A DNA stretch of 63,092 bases, counting the filler, from Perkinsus chesapeaki ATCC PRA-425 (taxonomy: Eukaryota; Protista; Perkinsozoa): the NCBI GenBank assembly GCA_013115145.1. It is 8 parts of 8 records of this genome, joined end to end, with 100 filler letters (N's around TTAATTAATTAA, not from the genome) between each part and the next. Parts side by side here need not be neighbours in the genome. Positions count along the whole stretch, not along the records: positions 1 to 15,084 come from JAAPAO010000733.1; 7 more parts are not named here. One strand, written 5' to 3'. The position numbers and the translations under genes were made by a program. Positions 1-11,100 of the stretch are shown here, piece after piece. The notes under the pieces were generated by a model. It ran no database searches. It was not told where the DNA came from and saw only the letters and a program-made list of their open reading frames with translations. Position 1 is the stretch's first letter. The number at the start of each line of letters is the position of its first letter.

Positions 1-118
1 ACTAATTTGTTCTGGGCTATATTAATTAGTTCTGGGTTTTTACTAATTTGTTCTTGGCTATATTAATTTGTTCTGGGCTTTTACCAATTTGGTCTTGGGT
101 TTTACTAACTAGTTCTTG
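1..118. repeat. Degenerate ~20-bp tandem repeat, about 6 units, runs off the window start
   Basis: Seen in sequence: successive units resembling TACTAATTTGTTCTGGGYTW (actaatttgttctgggctat / attaattagttctgggtttt / tactaatttgttcttggcta ...). Confidence 0.75.
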
Positions 119-534
119 AAATGGTGTAGTCGTCATTGATGACTCATTAATAGGCACTTTTAGTGTTATATCAGAGTAAAGTGACATGAATAACCCGAGA
201 TGCAAGTATTCTTACACGAGACCCAAGCAACGAACCACACTGGCCGCCAGTTACTGGCGCAGAAGTGCTCCCCGTTGTGTGAGATGTCTAACATATGGGC
301 CTTAAATACCCCCATCACCTGGATGTCCTAAACCGAGCTTGAGAATAGATGTATTCATATAGCTTGCCAGGCAAGCCTTGCCTTCAGGATCGCACGACTA
401 CCGGAACTGAACCGGCACGCGATAGGGTAGGGATTGAGACGAAACTTCGGGGTCACGTAAACGCTCCACGTGGGCATGCGTGTTGGATACGTTCGAGCTT
501 TCGTGGGCCAGTAAGTCTCATAGTGAAGTTGTCA

Positions 535-1623
535 ATGCAGCCTCCTTCAACTATCTTATTCGTCCTCGTTGGTTGGTATCATTCGGTGAGCAGTCAGATA
601 TCATTGCCATTCAAGGACAGCATTGCCACCGGACTGTCATTCGATGGGCAACCGCTCAAGATGATGCTTGATACTTCGCTGAGTGGAACCTATGTTGTGT
701 ATAAGGAGTGGTATGAGAAAACCTTCGGGAAGGGTGCTTGTAAGCGTTCTCAAGGTGGTTGCTACTCCTGCCCTGGTGAATGCAATCCTTATAGTAGGGA
801 ACGAAACGTTCTCACGTTCCTGGATGGCGGATCGATAACCAGTGTCATACATGAAGGCATGGTTAAGATTGGAAAATACAAGCTGAAAATGAAGTTTCGT
901 TTAATTATAGGCTACTCTGCTGGCGCAGAACTGCCCCATTGGAAGCCTCCCAATTATCTTGGTCTTGGTTTCGCTGACTCTAGCAATCTGGAGACGCTTC
1001 CTCGTAGCCTCTACGATAAAGGTATTATCAAGAGATATACGATATCTATATGCTCCCCTAGTGATCCGGTGTTCTTTCAAGGCACCGTGATACTCGGTGA
1101 ATGGAAGGGGTTGTGTCGTATCAAGTCTGATGTCACTACAATTCCAATGGCCCAGTCTCACGATTTAGGGCACATTCTCTCGGATCTATCCTCTTATGGT
1201 CTGGTGAGCTCTACAGGAAAAACTTACACACAACATCGAGTTGGTGCCGCTGAATATGATACGGGCACCGTTTTTCTTTGTCTCCCGAGGGTCATCTTTG
1301 AAGACTTCTGTAACAAGATCGTGTCTTTCGCCGGGCCCGATGTGTTTCTCAAGACCGACGATGAGGGGTTCTGGTATATAACAGCCAAGCGGCGCAAAAA
1401 CTTTCCGACTCTGACATTCTCTGTTGGAGATCCGCGTCATCCTGTCATTATACGCATCCCACCCGAGCGGTATGCCATTAGATGTAATAGTAAATGGTGT
1501 AGACTTGCACTCCTGTTTTGGGATGGGTCGCAAGTCATTCTCGGTCGCCCCTTCTTCACATCTTACTTCTCTTCTTACGATCTAAAGTCACGAACTATTA
1601 GTATTGCTGAATATCACGGGTAG
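535..1623 (+). CDS. Secreted pepsin-like (A1) aspartyl protease, intronless; last codons supplied by the inserted transposon
   Basis: ATG at 535 starts a signal-peptide-like MQPPSTILFVLVGWYHSVSSQ. Catalytic-type motifs are MMLDTSLSG and EYDTGT, with YLGLG, VILGE and VILGRPFFTSYFSSYD, matching the pepsin fold. The ORF-track extension to 349 is probably not coding. Confidence 0.85.
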   Translation: MQPPSTILFVLVGWYHSVSSQISLPFKDSIATGLSFDGQPLKMMLDTSLSGTYVVYKEWYEKTFGKGACKRSQGGCYSCPGECNPYSRERNVLTFLDGGSITSVIHEGMVKIGKYKLKMKFRLIIGYSAGAELPHWKPPNYLGLGFADSSNLETLPRSLYDKGIIKRYTISICSPSDPVFFQGTVILGEWKGLCRIKSDVTTIPMAQSHDLGHILSDLSSYGLVSSTGKTYTQHRVGAAEYDTGTVFLCLPRVIFEDFCNKIVSFAGPDVFLKTDDEGFWYITAKRRKNFPTLTFSVGDPRHPVIIRIPPERYAIRCNSKWCRLALLFWDGSQVILGRPFFTSYFSSYDLKSRTISIAEYHG

Positions 1624-3164
1624 CATCTGCGGAAGATAGGGTGTCCAAAATTCTGTCGCTTAATTAAGCATACCACTCGATTCCCCAGGCTCTAGGGAGC
1701 TCAAAAACAGATTTCATAGAGCTGGCTTACATCTGTATGTTTTTTTACTGCCACATTTAGAATTGGCGCGCAAAATGTAAAAAGCGCGCGCCCAGTAGTG
1801 ACCTTCTACCCCTTTCAAATCGTGATCCAGAGCTCTCTCCGTTGTACAGCAACCAGCAATCACTTAAATAATGCGTAGCGATAGATAATACACAACTTAG
1901 TTCACAAAAAAACCTCCCATTTTCGCTCATTCAGTCGCAGCGCGTTACGTGCTGCGTAGGCACCCTGCTAGCGCTCTGCACAGGGTGCTGCAAAACCCTC
2001 CGAGCCTCCTCTGTGCTCCGCTATCACACTCATATATTCCTAACATCGAACTCTCACCAATGTCCGACCTTACGATTCCATCAGAAGTAGCTGCCACTCT
2101 TGAACTGTTATCTCTTTCGCCTCTACACCTGATGCTCGGTATTGTTAACAAGCTGTACAGTAATGCAAGAGCATCTGCCGAGTGCACCAACAAGGGCTCT
2201 CTCTATAGCAGGCACTGCAAAGCCCTTGTGGAAAACAACATTAGGCGTTCGGCCTACTTTGAAGGTGCACTAGAGGGTAACAGCTGCTCGCGGCTGCTTG
2301 ACGCTATCGCAGATGACAAGATACCTTTCTCTCCCAAGGTTGTTCCCTTGGTGAATGCATTGAAGGCTTTCCACGAGTTCAAAGCGAAGTGTCTTGGAAT
2401 CCACAGAGTAGATGGATGGGAGCAGTCTATCGAGAGTTTTGGATCTGCATGGGATGCAACTGGTCTAGTCCGTACTCTGAAAGTCCATATTGTACTTCAC
2501 CATGTAAAGGAGTACTTATTACACTACGAGTCAGTGCCAGAGGCTGGCCAGGGCCTTTCTTCGGAGCAGTCTGGAGAAGCTCTTCATGCAAGACTCCAGC
2601 GCATCTGGAACCTACGGTTCAAGGTCAACCCGGAAAACAAAGCTTTTCCAGATAGGCTTGTGGACTGCATGGTGTCGTATAACTGGAACTTGAGGTGGGA
2701 TGAGGCTGAGAGGGCAAGAGCACAAGAGACTGGTAACGTTGAAACTGACGGCTCTGACTCTGACAGCAGCATGAATGGTTCGTTGGTAGCCAACGAACGT
2801 GATTCAGAGTCTGAAGCTTGCGACATGTCAGATGAAGGAGATACTAGCTCGTCAGGTTCAAATTACTAACTATTTTTTTATTTTCTTCGACAATTTTAAC
2901 AACTAAAGCCGTCTCGGCTGTAATGTTCTTGTTTTGTGTTGTTATGTCATCTATTTGTCGGTGAAATTGATGTGCGGCTTATACCGGGCGCGCGCTTTTT
3001 ACATTTTGCGCGCCAATTCCAAATGTGGCAGTAAAAAAACATACAGATGTAAGCCAGCTCTATGAAATCTGTTTTTGAGCTCCCTAGAGCCTGGGGAATC
3101 GAGTGGTAAGCTTAATTAAGCGACAGAATTTTGGACACCCTATCTTCCGCAGATGCTACCCGTG
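1615..3164 (+). mobile_element. DNA transposon, Chapaev/Transib/RAG1-type, probable internal-deletion derivative
   Basis: Seen: TIRs at 1615-1793 and 2986-3164 (179 bp, 2 mismatches by eye), termini CACGGG...CCCGTG, flanked by ATAT at 1611-1614 and 3165-3168. Confidence 0.92.
2060..2869 (+). CDS. C-terminal portion of a DDE transposase (Transib/Chapaev/RAG1-like); ORF open from 1949
   Basis: Motifs LSPLHLMLG, LEGNSCSRLL, KVHIVLHHV (H-x4-H, like RAG1 HKTLAH) and GLSSEQSGEALH (catalytic-Glu region), followed by an acidic tail. The family assignment comes from remembered motifs. Confidence 0.7.
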   Translation: MSDLTIPSEVAATLELLSLSPLHLMLGIVNKLYSNARASAECTNKGSLYSRHCKALVENNIRRSAYFEGALEGNSCSRLLDAIADDKIPFSPKVVPLVNALKAFHEFKAKCLGIHRVDGWEQSIESFGSAWDATGLVRTLKVHIVLHHVKEYLLHYESVPEAGQGLSSEQSGEALHARLQRIWNLRFKVNPENKAFPDRLVDCMVSYNWNLRWDEAERARAQETGNVETDGSDSDSSMNGSLVANERDSESEACDMSDEGDTSSSGSNY

Positions 3165-4099
3165 ATATGCATCCCGCTAAGAACCCAGAGGATACTGAAG
3201 TCTGCTGGATGAATCTGGTTCATCGTAATGGTACTTTGTGTACGAGTATCTCATTCGGGTTCGACTCACGCTTCCTCTACCTGGTGAGTGTATGACAGCA
3301 TTTTCGTGGACCCTGCGAGAAGCACACTGTACTTTTTTCTCAAAGGTGTATATTACGAGTTGAGTTGTTCATCGATGTAGTGCATGAGGGCTACAACGTC
3401 GGCAGATTAATTCGAAGAGATATTCAAAAACTGCCGCATATAGGAAGGCGACATTTATCCCGTCCCATCTGACACGTGAAAATAATCGCCAAATCGATAC
3501 TTTTAAAGTGTTACTTTCAGCATTGAACATTGGCCGCGCTCAGAGCACTCCTATAAAACACCCATGCAATGAAGATCCCGAATAAGATTCTGGAGTCCCG
3601 TGCGCGTTCGAGTGCCTCGAAATGCCTTTATTGTCCGTATAGCTCGGTGCCACCGAGTTGGTGGTATCCTTCGACACGCTCAGTTTACCGAGCGCGTTTT
3701 GATCTTGGGCCTTGGGGTCCTTTTGACAATTATCATATGGGCTGCGGCAAGCCAGGCCAAGTTAATTTGGTGGACTGTACATAGCCTCCTGTTGTAGACC
3801 GTGGGACTTTATGTCATTACCGCATAAATTAACAGCGGATATGACGCTATTCCCAGTGATAAGTACAGAGTAATTTAGGCAACCTAGTTTCTGTCACTTA
3901 TGTTCCCTAAGGATTTACGAAGAGGCTCCTCGGAGGAGACGCTTCCGACGAGTTAAGATACTAATAATAATAACGATTCATATACTGTATAGTATAATTG
4001 CCCGTACTGAGTAATACTTAGTAAGTACCGTACTTAAAGCACGAGGGGTTATAAGTGGGTAATCCGTGTTCTTACCTAAGGCTTTCCCTTTCAGCTCCT

Positions 4100-5560
4100 T
4101 CAACCACAGACCACTCTCACCGTAATGTACAAAAACCTTCTTAGAGTGGCCCTGAGAAGCAGTCTTAAGGGATCTTTAACGAAAGCAAAGCGAGCAAACT
4201 ATCCGGGAACACCGTGAGCTCGGGAAGGGGTACGTGGGTTCAAAGGATAATCTTCTCACTTCGATTCGCTTAATCCTTTCCTTGTGCATTTCCTTCAACG
4301 TCGCATTCACTGCCCTGTAGCGGTCAGAACTCGACATTATAATTACTGAGCATTTGAACTCATATACAACATTAAGTGTTAGCACTTGAGAAATTCATAA
4401 AATATATTCCCTCCAACTAGTTCAGCTCAACCATAGAGATCACCGGAAACATCATCCATCTTTACGAGCAGCATGCCGACCAGTAAGACAAAACAGCCGT
4501 CGTCGCATCACATCAATGATCGTATCATCAATACCGAGCACTCGGCAAACTTCTTGGCTTTGCAGTATCTAAAGAGAGCGTATTCTTCTGCTAGGAGAAA
4601 CACGGGAACTTCGGCAGATGCCATACAAATACTATAGGGAGAGCGATATGCTCGCCAAGTGACTGCTGTAAGAGTTCACTGTGCGGAGAGAGAGTGCCCA
4701 AGGCGTAGCATAATGAAGGATATTATTAGCTTATTTGTCAGAATACTGATTATTATAAAGAGTACTTACCTTACGTTGGGTGGCTGTGTTGACAAGTTGT
4801 ATAACTCACATAGGCAATATGCGTAAGAATAAGATTATCTCTGCCTATTCACCAATTTATTATTTAGCAATCTAAATATTATTTAATACCACATTAATAC
4901 TGTTATACTTCAACTAAATTAGCGAATACCACTTATCAATAAGGCTGCAGTCTTCTCCAACTGGATCAGCTGTGAGTAATACTAAATAGGCGAATGCATG
5001 AATCTACTAAATATTAATCTGCCACATACAAAAAAGCGAATTGTGAACCCCTCACAAATCCAATGGTATGTCGATAATCTCCCAATCGTCATTAGGCCCA
5101 CCTTATGTATCTCTCTGCCCCTCATCCTGTGCCTTTCAACAGCAACAACCTCCCCCAATGCCGACATCAATGTCCGATCCAAAACCAATATTTCACCAAC
5201 AGGGCCGAGATTCGCCGATTCGCTCAGGCAACCTTGTCAAACATATATACGAACCCACTTGCACCTCATCTTACTAGCAAAGTCGAACGCCTCCATTGCA
5301 GTAAGCTGATAAATCCTACTGGCCAGCAACCGTCCGCACTCCCATGCTAGATCAGCTGTGATAGTCTCGTCCATAGATTTAAGTTTAGCTATGGCCTTTA
5401 CAAAGACAATCGATGTTTCCGTTGGTTCTTGTCGAATAGCTTGGCTAGATATCACAGACTTCACCACTTCGAGGCAAGGCATATGTGATTCCTCCTTCAA
5501 CCCCTACAACAAGAGCCAGCCACTTATTAGCTTTTCCTTGCACTAGAGCATATAGAGCAG
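4100..5560 (-). mobile_element. Decayed non-LTR retrotransposon (RTE-like LINE) remnant
   Basis: Minus-strand fragments VKAIAKLKSMDETITADLAWECGRLLASRIYQL (RT N-terminal region) and SQEVCRVLGIDDTIIDVMRRRLFCLTGRHAARKDG (resembles the RTE C-terminal RRLRWxGHVxR motif); many stops. Confidence 0.6.
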
Positions 5561-5639
5561 AGAGCTATATTCCCTCATCATCATTTATACGGCGTATAAT
5601 AGTATATATACCATTAATATATACACTTCACTTCCTTTC

Positions 5640-6360
5640 AACGTTTAGGATGCTCCTCGGTTGAAAATCAGCCGAACAGCCTGTTAATCTTTAAGATGTA
5701 AAAATATACGCGGCATCCAAATCTCGGAATTGTGTTTCGAACTCACCCGTTCAAAAATGCGAATAGCGCCCCTTGACATCGGTGACGTTATAAGCTGCTG
5801 CTCTACTTGCTCTCTCCACGGTATAGTTAAATTCTAACAAGTACCTCTCTCAAGCAACACTTCTAACAAGGCTACTCACCTCTGGTAAATCGTTAAGCAC
5901 CGTGAGTCCCAAAGCCAACGATGAAATGGATGAGGTGTCCGAGAGGCAAAAGCTATTGGCTGTCGACAACCGCTCCATTAGTATCTACAAATGTGCATTA
6001 TACGTACTCAGTCAGAAACAGGTTGCCTTGCGGGATTAGAACGATTCCACTCACCTGAAGCATGCGAGGATAATTTGTGACGCTGTGACGCCGAACGATG
6101 TACGCGAGCTCTATAGTGTGCATTAGATCAGCGTCATTAATAAGTGCCTCATGGCTCCTCTCTAGTATTCCACCTGAGTTTCTGAGCACTATGAGATTCA
6201 AGTGAAACATATCTGTGACCACCTATAAGGTCGTGCTTCTCATGCTCCTCAAGATCGAGTGCGGAATACACAAGCAAAAGGCACGAGCGGCCTGTAACGT
6301 CAGCTATAAGGGCTCTATCGATAAGTCTCGTAGATAGCAATGCATCTGGTGACATTGATT
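5640..6360 (-). mobile_element. Decayed LTR-retrotransposon integrase remnant
   Basis: HEKHDLIGGHRYV resembles the HHCC zinc finger. LALGLTVLNDLPE...ERYLLEF...AYNV...GRYSHF.TGEFETQFR resembles the integrase core and parallels the intact integrase at 58.3-59.2 kb. Stops and frameshifts are present. Confidence 0.5.
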
Positions 6361-6988
6361 GGAGAACTCCTTAGAGCCACCATACCAGGTTGAAATCCAG
6401 GGACCGAACTCTTGGCCTGCACTAGAGCGGCAGCTGATACAGCCGCCATGGATGGTGGTAAGGCTTCACAAGTTGAGGAGAGCTGGAAAGGAAAAATAAG
6501 ATAACAAAGGACAGATTGGAGAGATCCGCAAATATAATATATTCAATATATTATAGAGGGATTAGAAAGGAGCTCACCGTGCTGCTTACCTGAGAGCTTA
6601 TATGAATCCACCGTCCTAAGTTATAGTTGCTTCTTTCCAAAGTGCCTCGTATAACATCTAAACATACCAGTCCGAAGCTGTTCAGTTACCATTAGTTTTA
6701 TTACTGCACAAGTTGTCTTCTCTATTATTATGAGATTTAGGTTTCGATTCAAGCGCCGGACCCCCAAGGAAGGCGAAGTCAATCGGTGTTGTCGTACGGC
6801 GAACTGCTCGGATACCGCTGCTGGTTGCTACCATTTTTAAATTTCGGAACGGTACTACTTAGCGAGGCTGTCACCACTTTGAATATTTGCTCTATCCATC
6901 ACGAGCTACCCACAGTAATGCTAATCTCTGAGGATTAGCATCAAGTTCTGATTCAGAATGTATGTGTAGCTCAGTTTTAGGTTCCTAA

Positions 6989-7112
6989 ATTACGGCCTCC
7001 TCGCTCTGGCCCCAGTCTGGGGACTCCCCAGTCAAATTCTACGCTCAAACTGGGGACCGCAGTTTGAGCGTAGAATTTGCCCGCAAAACAAGGGCCGCGA
7101 GGGGCGTGTAAT
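6989..7112. repeat. Nested palindromic structure (outer imperfect IR, 7-bp hairpin, perfect 20-bp hairpin)
   Basis: CTGGGGA-c-TCCCCAG at 7017-7031; CAAATTCTACGCTCAAACTG (7033-7052), 7-nt loop, CAGTTTGAGCGTAGAATTTG (7060-7079); outer arms attacggcctcctcgctctggccc / gggccgcgaggggcgtgtaat. Confidence 0.85.
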
Positions 7113-8187
7113 AATAGCAAGAGTTCTTTAAACTCTACTGCAGACCACTGTCAGTGCCAACGAAACACATAGTACTATTTTGTTACATCACCTAGGCGTT
7201 ACACAAGATATGCAAGCCTTTAAAACGTCAGAGTGAGCGACCGTTCAAAGTCGACTATCTGTCGGCTTGGACTGCAAATTTCGGAGTCCAAAGTCACTGC
7301 ATCGCGGCAGGTCCACTCTGGAAATGTGAAAGGGCTCGATCTCTATTCCTACGAACTTGTCTTTTACAGTCTTGAATGCCTTCAGGATGTTGACTAGGTT
7401 AACTTGACCTTAACACTGATATCGCGGCCTTACCTGAAGGGGATCTTGTCAGCTGCCACCCCATCCAGAAACTTGCTCGCTTTGCCTCCCAAGTAGTTTC
7501 GAGAATACGAAGTCTGCGTAAGTTACGCAGCGTAACGCATTCTGCGCTACGCAGAGCACCTATGTTGTTGAGCTGCGGGAAGCCTCAAGCATCTTCTAAA
7601 GGCTAGGGGCTTTCTTCGTCTTCTGCTTCTAGTTGATACCTCGGCGGGCTTGTCTAGTAAAGATGATCTTCAAAAGATGCGGCATCATGGCGTCAGGGGA
7701 GCGTGGGGCTAGCGGAATCGGGCCTCCGATCTGCTGGCCTTCTTGACTGCCGTCAGGCTGCGGCTGATTACCAGCTCGCTCCTGAGTGCCGTTTCCTTGG
7801 TTGTCGTCTTGCTGACAGCACCTTGCTGCTGAAGCAAGTATCGTTGCAAGTATTCAAGTCGAGTCGTAGGCACACTGCAAGGCGTCAGCTAAGTAGCTTC
7901 CTGCAAGGACTTGAACGTTGCCGGGTAGCCCGGCCCCGGTTGTCTTCGTAATGCTTTAGCCGGAGCGTGATCGTAGGGCAGAGTACCTTTGGGAGGGAAA
8001 GGTCTGCCACCTTCAGAGTAAAATGGACCATTTCACTACCGTAGTACTTAACAGGTAAAAACAAAAATTAACCTATCTTAGGAGACCCACAATGATTCAT
8101 TGGCGAATTTCCAATGGCAATGACTATAACACAACATTACTATCAGTATAATATAAGATTTGGTACAGAAACCTATACGTCAATAGT

Positions 8188-11100
8188 CTATGGAGCTGTT
8201 GTAGTAGTGTTGGTGCCTCCTAAAGCACCACCCACGCGCCATGGTGGCCGTTTAGCACTGGTCTCGTCCAAATCGATCACGTCATCGCCTGAATTGAAAC
8301 AATAATTAGCCTGCTTCAACTGAGTCCTAAAAGTTCCACTCGGTTTGTCAAATTCAACGTGTAATACTGAGGAACTGGAAAAGCGCGAATTGTTCAATAT
8401 TATTCTATTCTAATTATCCCTTGTTATTCGTTTCGTACTGCATACATCGCACAGTTGCAGCGATTCCTGACAAACCTACTATTCCGTTTAACTCCTTGGG
8501 ATGATGTTGACGGTGGTGGAGGTGAACTGGTAAGACCAAGCCTAAAGTGAGCCTTTACACTTGCCGTGTTGAATCTGCCTCTACCGCTCCAGTGCTGCCT
8601 CCTCCTCATCTTCACTATCCACTTCGTCAGCGACATCCTCTCCAGCGAGTGATTTTGACGCCTCCTTATCATCAGTTTTCAGCTTGGTTGAACCTCCGCT
8701 AGCACTTAATAACTAAAAATCGTGGCAGTGCAATTGAAATTGTAGCCTATGATTTCTGGTCCTCGCCATGATCGAAAGTCTAATTGCTTTAAGCCCGTAG
8801 ATATGTCAAGTAATTCCCCAAAATGACGCGTATGCCACTAAAATCACAAGTGAAATTTACTTAGTAAATTCTGAGTAAATCTTAGTAAATCATGAGTAAG
8901 TCCGCAAGGTCGCAAGTGAGTTCCCCAAATATCAAGTAAGTCCGCATAATGACAAACAGATCCCCTGGGATACAGAAGGGTACGGTAACACGTTCAGTAA
9001 ATAGGACCCAGCTTACCTGCGCCATATGATTATTTTCCTGTTCCAAAGCAGCCAGTCGATCTAACAGTTGCTTGAACGCCTCGGCGACTGAGCTCGGAAC
9101 ATCAGTGCCACCATCCGGACAGGACAGCTGTATTGCAGTGCGCAATACACCATCTAAAGACCACAATAGCTACACCCAACAAACCATAATACTAAATTAG
9201 TTACACACTAAGTACTTTACGTTCTTACCGTTTGGATCTGCCATATATTGGTTATTAATCCCTAGGCTCCCTGATGGTGGAATAGGTAATGGGGGTGGCA
9301 TAGGCATTGGTAAGGGATCCTCATCCTAATACAGAGAACAGGCTACACGGGGGTACGATACAAGTTTGTCAGAGCTGCCATAAGCAACGGGGAACGTGCA
9401 AGTGGAGATACCGAAGAACAAGTAGCTATATGTATAGGGCGCGCTTCGTCAGTGCTCTTATTGGGTGAAGAAAGGAATCTCAAATTTCATAACACCCATC
9501 GAATTTTCCGCATCTTTTGCAGATTAAGTGCCTCAGATTTTTCGTCGACTCTCTGATTCGGTAGAATCAAACAAAAGATAGATAACTCATGCACTCGCCT
9601 AAGCCAAGCGCACGAAGCTGTGAAATCCAAAGACCTAAAAAGTGATCTTCCTCTACCCTATCTCGATTAGGCCCTAAAATGTCGTATATATCGCATAGTA
9701 ATTATGTGAATAGCTAATACCGATCCAGGTCCATACATTGCCTTGAAACCTATATACTATCACGCCTGTCTCCTAGACATAAAGCCCCTCACTCTTACGG
9801 AAGCCGCCCCATTCTTGTCCCTCTCATCTGTAGTATTATCATGCATTCCAGCAGCTACTGATGACTCTCGTAAAATCTTTGAGTAATTAACTGGCCTTAT
9901 CCAACATAATTTCATACCCTCATCTGCCTTCTTAGGATGCAATAAATATCTAAAACGCAGCAGCTTTCTCTCGGTCAGCCATCACCACTATTAGCCCCAC
10001 CAAAGAACATTTCACCTCAAAACAGTTTTCAATCAGGGGACCATAGAGTAACATCAAATGCTCCTAGAAGAATATATAGGAATATGTTTTCCGACAACAT
10101 CCAATCCGCATTGGGAATCGGTTAATACATTCCCGCGACGCTATATCGACGCTAGATGTCCGTTCCCAACATATGTGTATTATGCTATTTTTGGAAGCGA
10201 AACACCCTATACTACAAATAGCAGCAACCTAGCCAAAGCGATACCGATGAACCGAATTCTCCCTTTCCCTAATTCCAGCATATTACCTATTATATAACAC
10301 CAATAATGCCTGTCTAATAGCCTTATGCTCTCTGAATTTGACACATATCGCCGTCAAACCCATAGACTCCGATTGTGGCTCGGTAAAGAGCAATGTAGAG
10401 GACTGAATAACAATACAAGTAAATGCGATGATACCCCCAGCGGGGCTGTGACAAATGACAGCCGAAAAGAAGAGAGCACGGTCCTAACGGAAAATTACAA
10501 TAAGGTACGGAGCTTTGAACGCAGATTCACAGAGATCTAATACTGTGTAGTATATACACCGGTATCTCCATGCTCTTCATATTACTATGTACCTTAAAAA
10601 TGTTTGATGTCCCTAATCACTGTAATATTTACTATTCTTATCATATTCGGTACTCTACGCATGGCCTGTAATACTTACATTGTACACATAGTATTATATA
10701 GCACTCTGTATAATAATAATCCCCCTTATTTCCCTTATTACCTGTACACTACCAAACAGCCCCAGGAACTTGAGCCAATAGCTACCCGGGTACAACGGCA
10801 GTGAACCAGACTTAGGTGTGAATTGTGGATCAGGTATCTGATCTCGACCCGTGCAACAATAACACACTAATCGACGTACGATCCACAATTGTGGAAGAGA
10901 TATGACAATACCATCCACAGTAGGATCCATTATAAGCTTCTGCAGTGACCTACCATATTAATCAACAATACCAATCTACGCCAGCCTACTACCCTCGACG
11001 CCCCTCATCTTGATCCTTTACAGTATCCTCTATATATAATACGTTAACTGTTGCAGCATTGTCGGGTAATGCTATAACCTCACCAACTTTTATTGTAGAT

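Noticed and set aside
349-534. Upstream extensions of ORF-track entries (protease 349, permeases 27739 and 29323, mucin 30507)
   Set aside because: They either use non-ATG starts or add pyrimidine-rich or unrelated leader sequence ahead of a better ATG; downstream ATGs were chosen instead.
10769-10785. Minus-strand GTAGCTATTGGCTCAAG resembling the dinoflagellate/perkinsid spliced leader 3' end
   Set aside because: It has a mismatch and a gap versus the remembered SL, lacks a following GT donor, and lies inside a probable coding exon (PGSYWLKF), so it is likely chance.
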